Source: an uncultured virus (IMG/VR IMGVR_UViG_3300028844_004234) (Duplodnaviria > Heunggongvirae > Uroviricota > Caudoviricetes). From it: a DNA stretch of 64,000 bases. The notes beneath the pieces were generated by a model. It was not told the DNA's origin. It saw nothing but the letters and a program-made list of their open reading frames with translations, and did no database searches. The translations under genes and the position numbers were made by a program. The stretch lies in the IMG/VR virus record IMGVR_UViG_3300028844_004234. The stretch is one strand, 5' to 3'. This document shows, one piece after another, positions 19,778 to 28,891 of the stretch (the first letter of the stretch is position 1; every line of letters starts with the position of its first letter).

Positions 19778-19973
19778 CGTTACATCCACATACACATCGA
19801 TTTTTACAGTCATGGGGAGGTGTGGGGTGTAGCTGGAGTCTATAAATATGTTATGGGAACAGTGATGATGTGGTTCTGTTCTTGACTACCTCAGTGCAAT
19901 GATGTTGAATGGGTAGTGTAATTATGATTTATCAGTATTGATATGCCAAAAACAACACCTTAAGGAGTTTCAT

Positions 19974-20726
19974 ATGGCAAAACCAAAACAGAAGTTCAAT
20001 GTAGTTGACCTCAAAGATGTTGAGCTATGTAAGAAGAAAAAATACACAGAACATGATATTGTTTCATATCAACCAAAGAATGACCGCCAGAAGCAATTTC
20101 TAGATCTATTTCACTCAAACACCCCATGCATTGTTATGGACGGAATGCCTGCTGTTGGTAAGACATTTCTTGCTTTGATTGAAGCATTGCGACTGGTTGT
20201 TGATGTATCAACACACTATGAAAAAATCATCTACATTAGAAGTGCTGTTCCATCTGGTCAGGATGTTGGGTATTTGAAGGGTGACTTGGCAGAGAAACAA
20301 GCACCATATGAGGAAGTTCCGCGACAGCAGTTCTCAAGAATCATTGAAAAGTATAATGATCCATATGATAATCTGGTTTCACTTGGATATTTTGAATTCC
20401 GCCTTGACACACACCTACGTGGCATTAACATCAACAACGCAATTGTTGTTGTTGACGAAGCACAATGTATGGATTACTCTTCCCTAAAAACAATTCTTAC
20501 ACGTCTTGATACAGGGTCTCGCATTATAATCTGTGGGGACGAAGGTCAGGATGACTTGAAGCGCAAGAAAAAGAAAAGTGGTCTGCGACACTTGCTTCGC
20601 GTGTTGGGTAACATGCCATATGGTCGTTATGGTCATGTAACTTTCACCACTGATGATATTGTCCGTGGTGATGGGTTCACAAAAGACTTTATAATCTCTG
20701 ATTTTGAGATTGACGAAGAGGAATAA
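19974..20726 (+). CDS. phoH: PhoH-family ATPase
   Basis: GMPAVGKTFLA, GYLKGDL.EK, LRG, VDEAQ, LTRL, GD..QDD, DIVR; RBS TAAGGAG before ATG 19974. Confidence 0.95.
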   Translation: MAKPKQKFNVVDLKDVELCKKKKYTEHDIVSYQPKNDRQKQFLDLFHSNTPCIVMDGMPAVGKTFLALIEALRLVVDVSTHYEKIIYIRSAVPSGQDVGYLKGDLAEKQAPYEEVPRQQFSRIIEKYNDPYDNLVSLGYFEFRLDTHLRGININNAIVVVDEAQCMDYSSLKTILTRLDTGSRIIICGDEGQDDLKRKKKKSGLRHLLRVLGNMPYGRYGHVTFTTDDIVRGDGFTKDFIISDFEIDEEE

Positions 20727-20748
20727 TGGAATATCGCAGATTTTAATT

Positions 20749-20783
20749 AAATAAGAACAGGCATTTTTACCTGTTCTTATTTT
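20749..20783. terminator. Bidirectional terminator between phoH and the endonuclease
   Basis: AAATAAGAACAGG-8 nt-CCTGTTCTTATTT. Confidence 0.7.
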
Positions 20784-21771
20784 TATCAACCAACGTCTCG
20801 TACACCGATAAAGAAATTTTAAATTTTTCTTTGTTTCTTTGCATCATGAGGTAAAGCCCATGATGGTCATCTCGAAAAGAACTTTTTGTCTTATAAGTTT
20901 TTATAATTTGTAAAATATATTCATCGGAAACAAGAACCGACCGTTTCCTGAAATCTTCAAAGTGCCACAGCAACTTTTCGTCAACAGATTTTATAAGTTC
21001 AAACTCTGTTTTATGGTTTTTTCTAAATTCTTTACTTGTTTCATAATTTTTTGAAATGGAAAGTGCGTCTTCAAGTAAACAACCACTTGTTGTTACCAAT
21101 GCATATTCTATTATTTGTTTTTTGAACTCGTCAATATTTTTTATCTTACTAATGTCAATATGCTTGGAAATTTCATACAATATATTGTCAATCACTTTGT
21201 TTTTATTATTTTTATGTTTCTCTTTTATCCTTATGAGTGTGATTCCAGATTCCCTGCATAATTCTGACTTGACTTCATCTTTGTCTTCCCTGTTTTTGTG
21301 AAAAGTGTGGCCATCATACTCAATACCAATTTTCATGGATGGGATGAATGCATCTAATTCGTATGGTGGGATTATTGTTCGCGTGTTGAACATAACATCA
21401 AAACCAATACACTCTGTCAGGATATTTTTTATCACGAATTCTGGAAAGTTTTTTATTACACTTCTTTCGAGAAAATTTATCTCATGCATCATACCCCGCC
21501 TACGCAGCCAAAGATATTCGTTTCTATATTTTGTCATGAATTCGTCTTTTGTCTTACATTTCGATGCCGCTTCTAGGCAAATGGATTTGGTATATTTTTT
21601 ATTGTGGCAATGCACTCTGACTCGATTTTCATTCCTTTCGAGATTATATCGGATTCTGTCTGTTTTTATTTTTGATGTTGATACTTTTAAAATTCTTGAT
21701 ATTTCATTTATTGAAATATCTTCTAGTAAAAGACATTTCAATTCGCATAAATAATTTTTATGTGTGTTCAT
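20767..21771 (-). mobile_element. Free-standing homing-type endonuclease (Vsr/Hef-like)
   Basis: YELDAFIP..KIGIEYDG..FH...D..K...C...GITLIRI; repeated KTK.EF..K motifs; visibly more AT-rich than its neighbours; start at ATG 21771 after TATAAATA. Confidence 0.75.
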
Positions 21772-21871
21772 TGTGATCTCTTTAGAGTATATTGAATAAT
21801 CATTACTGGTATTTATATCATTTATCTTTAATAGGGTATTTTTAAACCGCAAAAAGGAGAAATCTAAACTT

Positions 21872-23272
21872 ATGAGTAGCATCAGGGGAATATTCAGAGA
21901 TGTTTTTATTGACGGTAAAGCCCAACACAGAACAGGTCACACCCTTACAGAGGCTCTGAGAATCGGTAATAAAGAAATGTCTGCTGTTTTTCAAAACCAA
22001 TCAAAATTCAGGGTTGGTCTTGAGTTTGAATTTGAAGTGACAGACGGTGTTGATTTTATCACAGCGATCCAACAACGACACAATGCTGCTGGACCTAAGC
22101 AGGAAGAGTATCGCACAAAGGTTGCAGGGTTCATAAACAAGCTCTCGGGATTTGTCATTAAGGCCAAGCTGGTCGATTTGGAAGATATAAGTATGATTGC
22201 ATCAGATTTTAACTGTGTGGCGAATAGTGTATCTCTTTCAAAAGTTGAACACACTGAAGAACTAATTGGTTTTGGTATGTGGGGAGGAAGTATACAAGAC
22301 CCAATCATAAACAAAATTAAATTTGTTCAGGCAAACCGATCCACTTTCATGAGCATGGTGGAAAGAGAGCAGGTTAAATTTGCACATGTTTTCGGTGATG
22401 TTCTTGAGGCGTTCGTCGAGTACGTTGAAAATGATTGTGAATCAGTACCAGATATCATACAGAAAGACAAGTTATATCGGGGTATGCTGAATATTGTTGA
22501 ACAGTCATTTGCGGAGGAAAACCCAGACGACTATAAAGAACCACAGAAGTCGAAGATTGATGTTGTCAAAGACACACACCCATTGGACCCGTCTCTCGTA
22601 CAGGACATTGTTCCAGACATTACTGTCACAGAAGGGGCTGAACTTGTGACGGTCCCATTGGCTCTATCAGACTTAAAACCGGTACTGGAGCAAATGTCTT
22701 CTTACATAAAGAATGTTGGGGGTACAAGTCGGAACACCGGTCTTCATGTGAATATATCGATTAAGAACATGGATTCTGTCAATACCGCTAAATTCATCAC
22801 TCTGATTGATACGGATTTCTTTCAGAACATGTCACCAAGCGGGTTGGATAAAGTTAAATACGATCCTCGATATATGGTTGAACCTTTCATAGAGTCGTTG
22901 AATGACAATATTGAACACCTTGCATCTGTGTATGTGTTCAAAGGTCAGGGTGAGTTCTTCCAAGAGTATGAGAGAGTCATTAACAATGCGGCCAAGAAAG
23001 AGAGGAATGTAAACCTTACGAACTTCTTCAGTAAGGATGTAAAAGCCAGTGAGCGTCGTATTGAGATAAGGGCAATCGGTGGACAGGGATATGAGAATCG
23101 TGTGGATGAAATCTACAACGACATTATACACTTTCTGTATGTTTTGATGGTTGCCACTGATAACGACTTTGAGCGACGTAAGTACCAAGAAACAACAATC
23201 AGATGGCTGAACAGGGTTAGTGGTGGTCGTTTCATGGACCTCATACAACAAAACAGAAGAAAGATGATGTAG
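21872..23272 (+). CDS. Amidoligase (COOH-NH2 ligase, glutamate-cysteine ligase superfamily)
   Basis: VGLEFEFE, GAELVT, TGLHVNIS, RIEIRAIGG. Confidence 0.75.
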   Translation: MSSIRGIFRDVFIDGKAQHRTGHTLTEALRIGNKEMSAVFQNQSKFRVGLEFEFEVTDGVDFITAIQQRHNAAGPKQEEYRTKVAGFINKLSGFVIKAKLVDLEDISMIASDFNCVANSVSLSKVEHTEELIGFGMWGGSIQDPIINKIKFVQANRSTFMSMVEREQVKFAHVFGDVLEAFVEYVENDCESVPDIIQKDKLYRGMLNIVEQSFAEENPDDYKEPQKSKIDVVKDTHPLDPSLVQDIVPDITVTEGAELVTVPLALSDLKPVLEQMSSYIKNVGGTSRNTGLHVNISIKNMDSVNTAKFITLIDTDFFQNMSPSGLDKVKYDPRYMVEPFIESLNDNIEHLASVYVFKGQGEFFQEYERVINNAAKKERNVNLTNFFSKDVKASERRIEIRAIGGQGYENRVDEIYNDIIHFLYVLMVATDNDFERRKYQETTIRWLNRVSGGRFMDLIQQNRRKMM

Positions 23273-23279
23273 AAATGTG

Positions 23280-23308
23280 TTGACATTTTGAGAAGCCCAA
23301 TATACAAT
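23280..23308 (+). promoter_or_regulatory. sigma70-type early promoter
   Basis: TTGACA-17-TACAAT. Confidence 0.85.
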
Positions 23309-23327
23309 ATTATTGGGCTTTTTTTTT
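23293..23327 (+). terminator. Terminator overlapping the promoter
   Basis: AAGCCCAATA-8-TATTGGGCTT-T7. Confidence 0.85.
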
Positions 23328-23336
23328 GGAGGAAAA

Positions 23337-23819
23337 ATGATTTCTAATGATTTTGTTCTATATGAACCGAGATTGAGACCGGTTGGACGGTGTGGTGGAC
23401 CTGAGAGGTATTCATCGCTGTGGATGAACATTGCATCTGTGACGGCACTTGAATCATCAGCAACGAGACGAAAGGTTGGTTGTGTCGTTGTGACACAATC
23501 TATGGGGTTGTACACCGGTTATAATGGTGTCATCGGAGGGTGTAACGAATGCGAGAATGATGATGGTCTTACGAAAGATGAGGTTATTCATGCCGAACAG
23601 AACGCATTTGATAAAATGTTGAGAGAGGGTGTGTCGTCAAAAGGATCAATCCTGTATGTCACTCTGGCACCATGTATTGAATGTGCCAAGAGGATTGTGA
23701 ATTCTGGAATCCGAGCTGTCTATTACAGGGACGAGTACCATACCACTAGTGGTATTGATTTTATAGCCAGACATGGTATAGAATGTAGACAGTGGGACGG
23801 TGTTTTTTTGAATACATAA
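23337..23819 (+). CDS. dCMP deaminase
   Basis: KVGCV, GYNG, HAEQNA, PCIEC; RBS GGAGG before ATG 23337. Confidence 0.9.
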   Translation: MISNDFVLYEPRLRPVGRCGGPERYSSLWMNIASVTALESSATRRKVGCVVVTQSMGLYTGYNGVIGGCNECENDDGLTKDEVIHAEQNAFDKMLREGVSSKGSILYVTLAPCIECAKRIVNSGIRAVYYRDEYHTTSGIDFIARHGIECRQWDGVFLNT

Positions 23820-23835
23820 AAGACGGAGATTTGTT

Positions 23836-24030
23836 ATGCTAGATTTTTTTATTGAGAAAAAGTACAGGTTGTTTGATATGGTTTGTGTCTTCATTATTGC
23901 ACAATTGCTTATCGCTGGGTTTATTATGTCATCAGTGGTATTCACTGTTATCGCTGCTGTTGTCTCAAACAGTCTCGATACCATATCTACCAAGAAAGAA
24001 CAAGGCATTGGAGGTGATGGTAATGAGTAG
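23836..24030 (+). CDS. Small membrane protein
   Basis: RBS GGAG; hydrophobic core. Confidence 0.55.
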   Translation: MLDFFIEKKYRLFDMVCVFIIAQLLIAGFIMSSVVFTVIAAVVSNSLDTISTKKEQGIGGDGNE

Positions 24031-24358
24031 TTCCGAGCGTAACCTAGGAAAGTTAACACCAATCGGGAATTCAGAGGAATATTGCAAATCAATTGGGGTT
24101 ACTGAATTACCGGCATCATATGGGAACTTTAGAGAATACATCATAGAAGAACTGTGGGACAATGATGGTATCCTCGTCATTAACGATACCGTGTATTCTG
24201 TTGAGTGGAAAGTTAAGAGAGAGAAAGATGTACATTATTTCGCGGATGTGGAAGAGAACGAAGATGGAACCATCAATTTCCATACACTTCACTGGGATGG
24301 TGGTTCTAGTTTAAGTGAAGTCATTGAGAGCGGTCTGAAACAGAATCGTGAAGGATGA
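24023..24358 (+). CDS. Hypothetical protein
   Basis: RBS GGAGGTG before ATG 24023. Confidence 0.65.
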   Translation: MSSSERNLGKLTPIGNSEEYCKSIGVTELPASYGNFREYIIEELWDNDGILVINDTVYSVEWKVKREKDVHYFADVEENEDGTINFHTLHWDGGSSLSEVIESGLKQNREG

Positions 24359-24367
24359 TCTCCTGTA

Positions 24368-24396
24368 TTGCAAATCTATATGTGATATGGGATAAT
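24368..24396 (+). promoter_or_regulatory. sigma70-type promoter for uvsX
   Basis: TTGCAA-17-GATAAT with extended TG. Confidence 0.6.
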
Positions 24397-24426
24397 GAGT
24401 TGGTGAATCAAAAGAGGACACAATGA

Positions 24427-25464
24427 ATGAGTTTAAGTAAATTTAGGAAAGCATTGGAGAAGAAAGAAATCGCAGTAGGATTACCTCCTATCGAGAAGTG
24501 GTTATCTTTCGATAACCTTGCTATGAACTGGGTGTGTACCGGTTCCTTCAGACGTGCTGTTCCTCACCGTAGATCAATTCTGATCGGTGGAGAAAGCGGT
24601 GCCACGAAGACCATGAACCTTCTTCAACTTGCTAGAAAAGCACAAGATGGAGGATATCATGTCATATTGCTTGATAGTGAAACGTCTATTAGTGATCAAG
24701 ACCTACAGATGAATAAGGTAAACACAGACCCAGAGATGTTTACACCCATCGCCGTGACGACACATGAAGAAACTCTTGAGATCATCACAGAGGCTTTGAA
24801 GACGTTCGATGACGACGAAAAGATATTCTTCATACTCGATTCCATCACCGGCCTGATGACAGAATCAGAGGATGATAATTTCGATAAGGGTAAAACGACA
24901 AATGACATGGGTCGTATCGTTCAGGCAAATAAAAAATTCCTGAAGATGGTTGGTAACAGAATCCGTCACAAAGATTGGTTCTTTATAACAAGTTGTCACG
25001 TTTATCTGAACCAAGATCTACTCAACGGAAAAGGAAAGTACATCTTCAGTAACGTGGGTAGCGCACTATATTACCCAAGTCTGTCTCTACAGCTAACAAA
25101 ACTTGACCTCAAAGAAGGACAGGAGCAAATTGGTATTCGTGTGGATGTGACAACGAAGAAAAACCGGTTCTTCAAACTCGGTCAGAAAGTTCGTCTCAAC
25201 CTACCATATGACCAAGGTGGTTTCGACCCATATGATGGGGTACTTGATATCCTTAAAGATCATGGGTACATCGGTCAAGCGGGAGCATGGTATTCTTTCG
25301 ACCGTGTTGACGAGTATGGAGAGGTTACTGAAACCGTTAAGTTCCAGTCAAAGAACTTCTCTCAATATGCAGAAGAGCTTATCGACCGTTACGAAAAAGA
25401 CCATGGTGATGTTCTTGAGCAAGATGAGGTTGAGAATCACCTAGAAATGTTGGAAGAAGAATAA
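24427..25464 (+). CDS. uvsX: RecA/UvsX recombinase
   Basis: GESGATKT, LDSE, ILDSI, DMG, KNRF, QAGAWYSF. Confidence 0.9.
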   Translation: MSLSKFRKALEKKEIAVGLPPIEKWLSFDNLAMNWVCTGSFRRAVPHRRSILIGGESGATKTMNLLQLARKAQDGGYHVILLDSETSISDQDLQMNKVNTDPEMFTPIAVTTHEETLEIITEALKTFDDDEKIFFILDSITGLMTESEDDNFDKGKTTNDMGRIVQANKKFLKMVGNRIRHKDWFFITSCHVYLNQDLLNGKGKYIFSNVGSALYYPSLSLQLTKLDLKEGQEQIGIRVDVTTKKNRFFKLGQKVRLNLPYDQGGFDPYDGVLDILKDHGYIGQAGAWYSFDRVDEYGEVTETVKFQSKNFSQYAEELIDRYEKDHGDVLEQDEVENHLEMLEEE

Positions 25465-25471
25465 GAAAAAC

Positions 25472-25495
25472 AAAGGGGCTTTAAAGCCCCTTTTT
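25472..25495. terminator. Bidirectional terminator between convergent genes
   Basis: Palindrome AAAGGGGCTTTAAAGCCCCTTT followed by TT. Confidence 0.85.
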
Positions 25496-25504
25496 CATAT
25501 CGTG

Positions 25505-26761
25505 TTATGTTACTTTCACTACTTTGATCCTTGGGTTTATGATTGCAAACCATCTTTCAGATGAGTTGTGATATTGATAAGAACCATCAATTCCGGTGTG
25601 CTTATTCCATGATTTGACGAATGCCTCAACACCAAAAGTACCGGCCAACATGGTCTGGAAGTTTCTTACCTCTTCACCTGAAATAAGGTCATATATCTCA
25701 TCAATATGGTGCTTCTCTAACTCTTCCGGTTCTTCTAGGTAGACACCATAGTCGGTAACCAGATAGAACATCGCCTCTCTGTCCACCTTAGCCATATCGT
25801 ACATGATGTTCATGATACTATGTTTACTGACGGCCTTTGATATCGGTATCCGACTGTCAATGAAGTTTCTCATATTAATGTCGGCCTTGATGATATTTTT
25901 ACCATACGCTTTTGTGGTTTCCAGTCTGTCGGAAAAATATATCCCAACACCTTCTTGATTGTTACCGTTGTTCATGAGACGTGGCTCTAATGAACGTGTG
26001 TTGAAGTCATCACCGTGGTAAACTGTAATGATCCCTCCTACCGACTCGAACAGATCCCTTTTATTCTCATTTAAAACTTCATCATGTGAAATAAATTTGT
26101 CAAGTGACCTGTTGTACTTCTTCAATGAATTTACAAAACCGTCGAAAGTTCCACACTCTAGTTTTATTTTAGTAAGATACGTTTCACATGTATTGAAATC
26201 CATTTTACCAAGAGCCACAGCTGCATTAACCGTGTATTTGTATACTGGTGGTAGTACACTGGTTTGTGATAAAAGTTTACCATGGGCTTTCGTGTAGAGA
26301 TCAAGAGATGATTTAACACTTGATACAAGGGTGTCATAGTCAATCCCCCTCATACTTGCCGTATTCCTCAGTTGTTCGTCTATCTCCATGTTAATCCCAT
26401 ATCCTGTTCTTATTATCTTTAGACACTTATTCACTTTATTGATAAGTGACTCGTGAGCGTATCCTATCGAGTGCATGGGTGTGGCACGATTGGTAAGATC
26501 CCCAATATGTTCAATCAGGTATGATAGAGAACCACCCCCAATAACTTGTTGTGCTTTCATCATTGAAATTTCTGGTGCTCCTCTTTGATCATTACCTATT
26601 TTGGCGTATAACCATAAAACGTTTTTTGGGACACCTGTTACAGAATTCCATTCATTGATCAGGGGTTTCACCTTGCTTGGTATTCCAGACACAATGTTAC
26701 TGATTGAAACAGCTTCATTAAATTGATTATGGATAGACTGGAATAAGTCTTTTATTTTCAT
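25505..26761 (-). CDS. Two-domain putative internal protein; C-terminal ADP-ribosyltransferase-like domain
   Basis: MKIKDLF tag; VYHG...GVGIYFSD....KAYG...GIDG...FAIINP..IK. Confidence 0.65.
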   Translation of the reverse strand: MKIKDLFQSIHNQFNEAVSISNIVSGIPSKVKPLINEWNSVTGVPKNVLWLYAKIGNDQRGAPEISMMKAQQVIGGGSLSYLIEHIGDLTNRATPMHSIGYAHESLINKVNKCLKIIRTGYGINMEIDEQLRNTASMRGIDYDTLVSSVKSSLDLYTKAHGKLLSQTSVLPPVYKYTVNAAVALGKMDFNTCETYLTKIKLECGTFDGFVNSLKKYNRSLDKFISHDEVLNENKRDLFESVGGIITVYHGDDFNTRSLEPRLMNNGNNQEGVGIYFSDRLETTKAYGKNIIKADINMRNFIDSRIPISKAVSKHSIMNIMYDMAKVDREAMFYLVTDYGVYLEEPEELEKHHIDEIYDLISGEEVRNFQTMLAGTFGVEAFVKSWNKHTGIDGSYQYHNSSERWFAIINPRIKVVKVT

Positions 26762-26763
26762 TA

Positions 26764-27384
26764 TTAACCACCATATAGTTTAATAGTTTCTGAGGTAAGA
26801 CCTAGATCGATGATAACAGGTTTCCCTTTGTATAATCCCCAGTTAGCCTTTCGTGAAAGATCCATAGGAGGTATGTCGAAGTTGACAACAAGATCTTGTA
26901 GATCTTCGAAAAACTCATTTTCATGTAAACTGTCTGGGATTAACCCATCTCGTCGATTACCACTTCTGGCAAAATCAAGGTACAGTGCAATATCATCCAT
27001 GCGAACGCCATCAAAATAACGTTCTAGCTGTTTCTGTGTGATCTTTTGTGCATACTCTGTATGTATCCAAGAAATCCGACTCCCGTTCTCTTCGTCGTAG
27101 TCAATAAGAGGGATCACAATGTCGAGTTGTTTAATGTACCAGTCTTCTAACAGGTGTGCTTCTTCAAAATTCTGGGCGATGCCTTTATTGTTTGTTGCCA
27201 CCTTTATTACGGTCTTTCGACCTTGATATGGTATTTCGAACGCCACTCTACTACTACCACGTCCTACCTGACTAGCCCTTTCCTTTGCATAAGAAACCAT
27301 CTGTCTGAATGATGTTCTTGGTGAGAACTTTTCCTTATCCCAGTCATCCGGTAACGGTGCTTCAAATAGTTCTTTTATTTTCAT
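26764..27384 (-). CDS. Minimal protein-kinase-fold enzyme, putative internal protein
   Basis: MKIKELFE tag; GRGSSRVAF Gly-loop, VIKVA Lys, QNFEE Glu, DL....NWG, IIDLG. Confidence 0.75.
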   Translation of the reverse strand: MKIKELFEAPLPDDWDKEKFSPRTSFRQMVSYAKERASQVGRGSSRVAFEIPYQGRKTVIKVATNNKGIAQNFEEAHLLEDWYIKQLDIVIPLIDYDEENGSRISWIHTEYAQKITQKQLERYFDGVRMDDIALYLDFARSGNRRDGLIPDSLHENEFFEDLQDLVVNFDIPPMDLSRKANWGLYKGKPVIIDLGLTSETIKLYGG

Positions 27385-27923
27385 TATTCAATCCTAATTT
27401 TGTTTTTGATGACGATGATTGATGGGTCAAAAACTGCTATCTCGTACAGTCCTGGTTCGATTTTCTCATAACTTGCCTGTATCTTATACTTTTTTAGGAG
27501 TTCAAATGCTTTCTGATCACCAGCAATATTGAACAAGCCGCCAATCAAACCACGCCCATGTTTCAACGTGCTATGCCCTGGTGTGTCGTATAATTCCGAT
27601 GCAGATGATAGTCCTAATTCTCTTGCGATGTATTCAAACGCCGAACGTGTTCCGTCGTCCATTTTAACAATTGCATCATATGCATGACCTGTTATACGAA
27701 GCTGGACTTCATAAATATATTTTTCTGCTGTTTTTGCATATCTGGTATACATTTCTGCGTGGGCTCTATCGTTGATGAAATATATACCTCTCCCAAGTAT
27801 GTGGTTATTTTCTCCACTCCCAATAAACCTCATATCAAACTTTGTTAAATCACCGCCTCCATGATACCAAGTTAAACCACGCAACATACTTTCTTCATTT
27901 TCGAATAACTCTCTGATCTTCAT
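27384..27923 (-). CDS. ADP-ribosyltransferase-like protein, putative internal protein
   Basis: MKIRELFE tag; WYHG...FD..FIGSGE....GRGIYF......A..Y...EIAVFDP..I. Confidence 0.65.
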   Translation of the reverse strand: MKIRELFENEESMLRGLTWYHGGGDLTKFDMRFIGSGENNHILGRGIYFINDRAHAEMYTRYAKTAEKYIYEVQLRITGHAYDAIVKMDDGTRSAFEYIARELGLSSASELYDTPGHSTLKHGRGLIGGLFNIAGDQKAFELLKKYKIQASYEKIEPGLYEIAVFDPSIIVIKNKIRIE

Positions 27924-28823
27924 TTAACGTGTACTCCACTTATCAACCAAGAAATCCGCTAAGTCTTTTGCGTCTCTCAAACCATTCTTTCTCATAAATT
28001 CACCGATTTTTCTTAGCGTCGGTCTCAATGATGAGTAGTTCTGAGCCATATGCAATTCTGTCCCAATAGACCCTTTCGCGTCTATGGGTCTGGTATATCT
28101 GTCAAGACGATGCCATTCTTCTGATGTGAACAAATTTTTGTCATCAACAACCATCGCTTTGTAGATGAGGCCGAGGTCATTTTTCGGTTTCGCTCCCATG
28201 GTTGAGCGCATGTTCATGTACCTGTCATCATCTGTCTGTTCTCTTGAGATGGTCTTAACTTCCGGTCTATCGTAAGAGATTAGTTCTTCGAAGGACACGG
28301 TGTTACCGCTTCCCGTGATCCAGTCACGATTATCCTTGTACAACCTTACCGGTATTCCTTTTTTCTTGAGGATGCTGACGAGATCAAGAACGAGTTTGTT
28401 CTGCACCTGACTATCCCTTCCATCTGGGGCAATGAGAATGTCAACCCTGTTGACAAACTTAGATGCATCCTTTATTGTGTCTTTGTTGGAGTAAATGCGA
28501 TCCTCTTGCTCATAGGAACCATTTGCAGCACGACGGAAATCAGCCCCCCAATAGTCCATGGGTTCACCGGTAAGATTGTTTGATAACAGTCTTCCATCAA
28601 GCTCAATCAACACGGAATACATTGAATTCTCAATGTGGTATTTTCCTGTGCGAGTTCTTGACGTTGACAGGTAGTAGTTATATTTTTCGTGGGACTCAAT
28701 ACCCTTTGTGAACGTCGGTGACATTCTGAACTCATTGTTCTTGAAGATGTCTAATGCACTTCTTACGCTACGTGCATAGAACAAGGTGGGGCTTAGACCT
28801 TCAAATAAATCTCTAATTTTCAC
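27924..28823 (-). CDS. Putative ADP-ribosyltransferase (STS / ExE type), putative internal protein
   Basis: MKIRDLFE tag (GTG start, RBS TAAGGA); LFYAR, YLSTSR, EQEDRI; late promoter at 28867 (-). Confidence 0.55.
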   Translation of the reverse strand: MKIRDLFEGLSPTLFYARSVRSALDIFKNNEFRMSPTFTKGIESHEKYNYYLSTSRTRTGKYHIENSMYSVLIELDGRLLSNNLTGEPMDYWGADFRRAANGSYEQEDRIYSNKDTIKDASKFVNRVDILIAPDGRDSQVQNKLVLDLVSILKKKGIPVRLYKDNRDWITGSGNTVSFEELISYDRPEVKTISREQTDDDRYMNMRSTMGAKPKNDLGLIYKAMVVDDKNLFTSEEWHRLDRYTRPIDAKGSIGTELHMAQNYSSLRPTLRKIGEFMRKNGLRDAKDLADFLVDKWSTR

Positions 28824-28852
28824 TTGACTTTCCTTACATGATCTAATAAAAT
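28824..28852 (+). promoter_or_regulatory. sigma70-type promoter for the uvsY-uvsW operon
   Basis: TTGACT-17-TAAAAT. Confidence 0.75.
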
Positions 28853-28891
28853 ACTATTTCAGAATATATTTATTCGTCATGGGGGTAATAA

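Noticed and set aside
24586..24612. Degenerate Walker A (GESGATKT) as a sign of an inactive recombinase
   Set aside because: The Lys-Thr pair is intact, and phage UvsX proteins are known to deviate at this position
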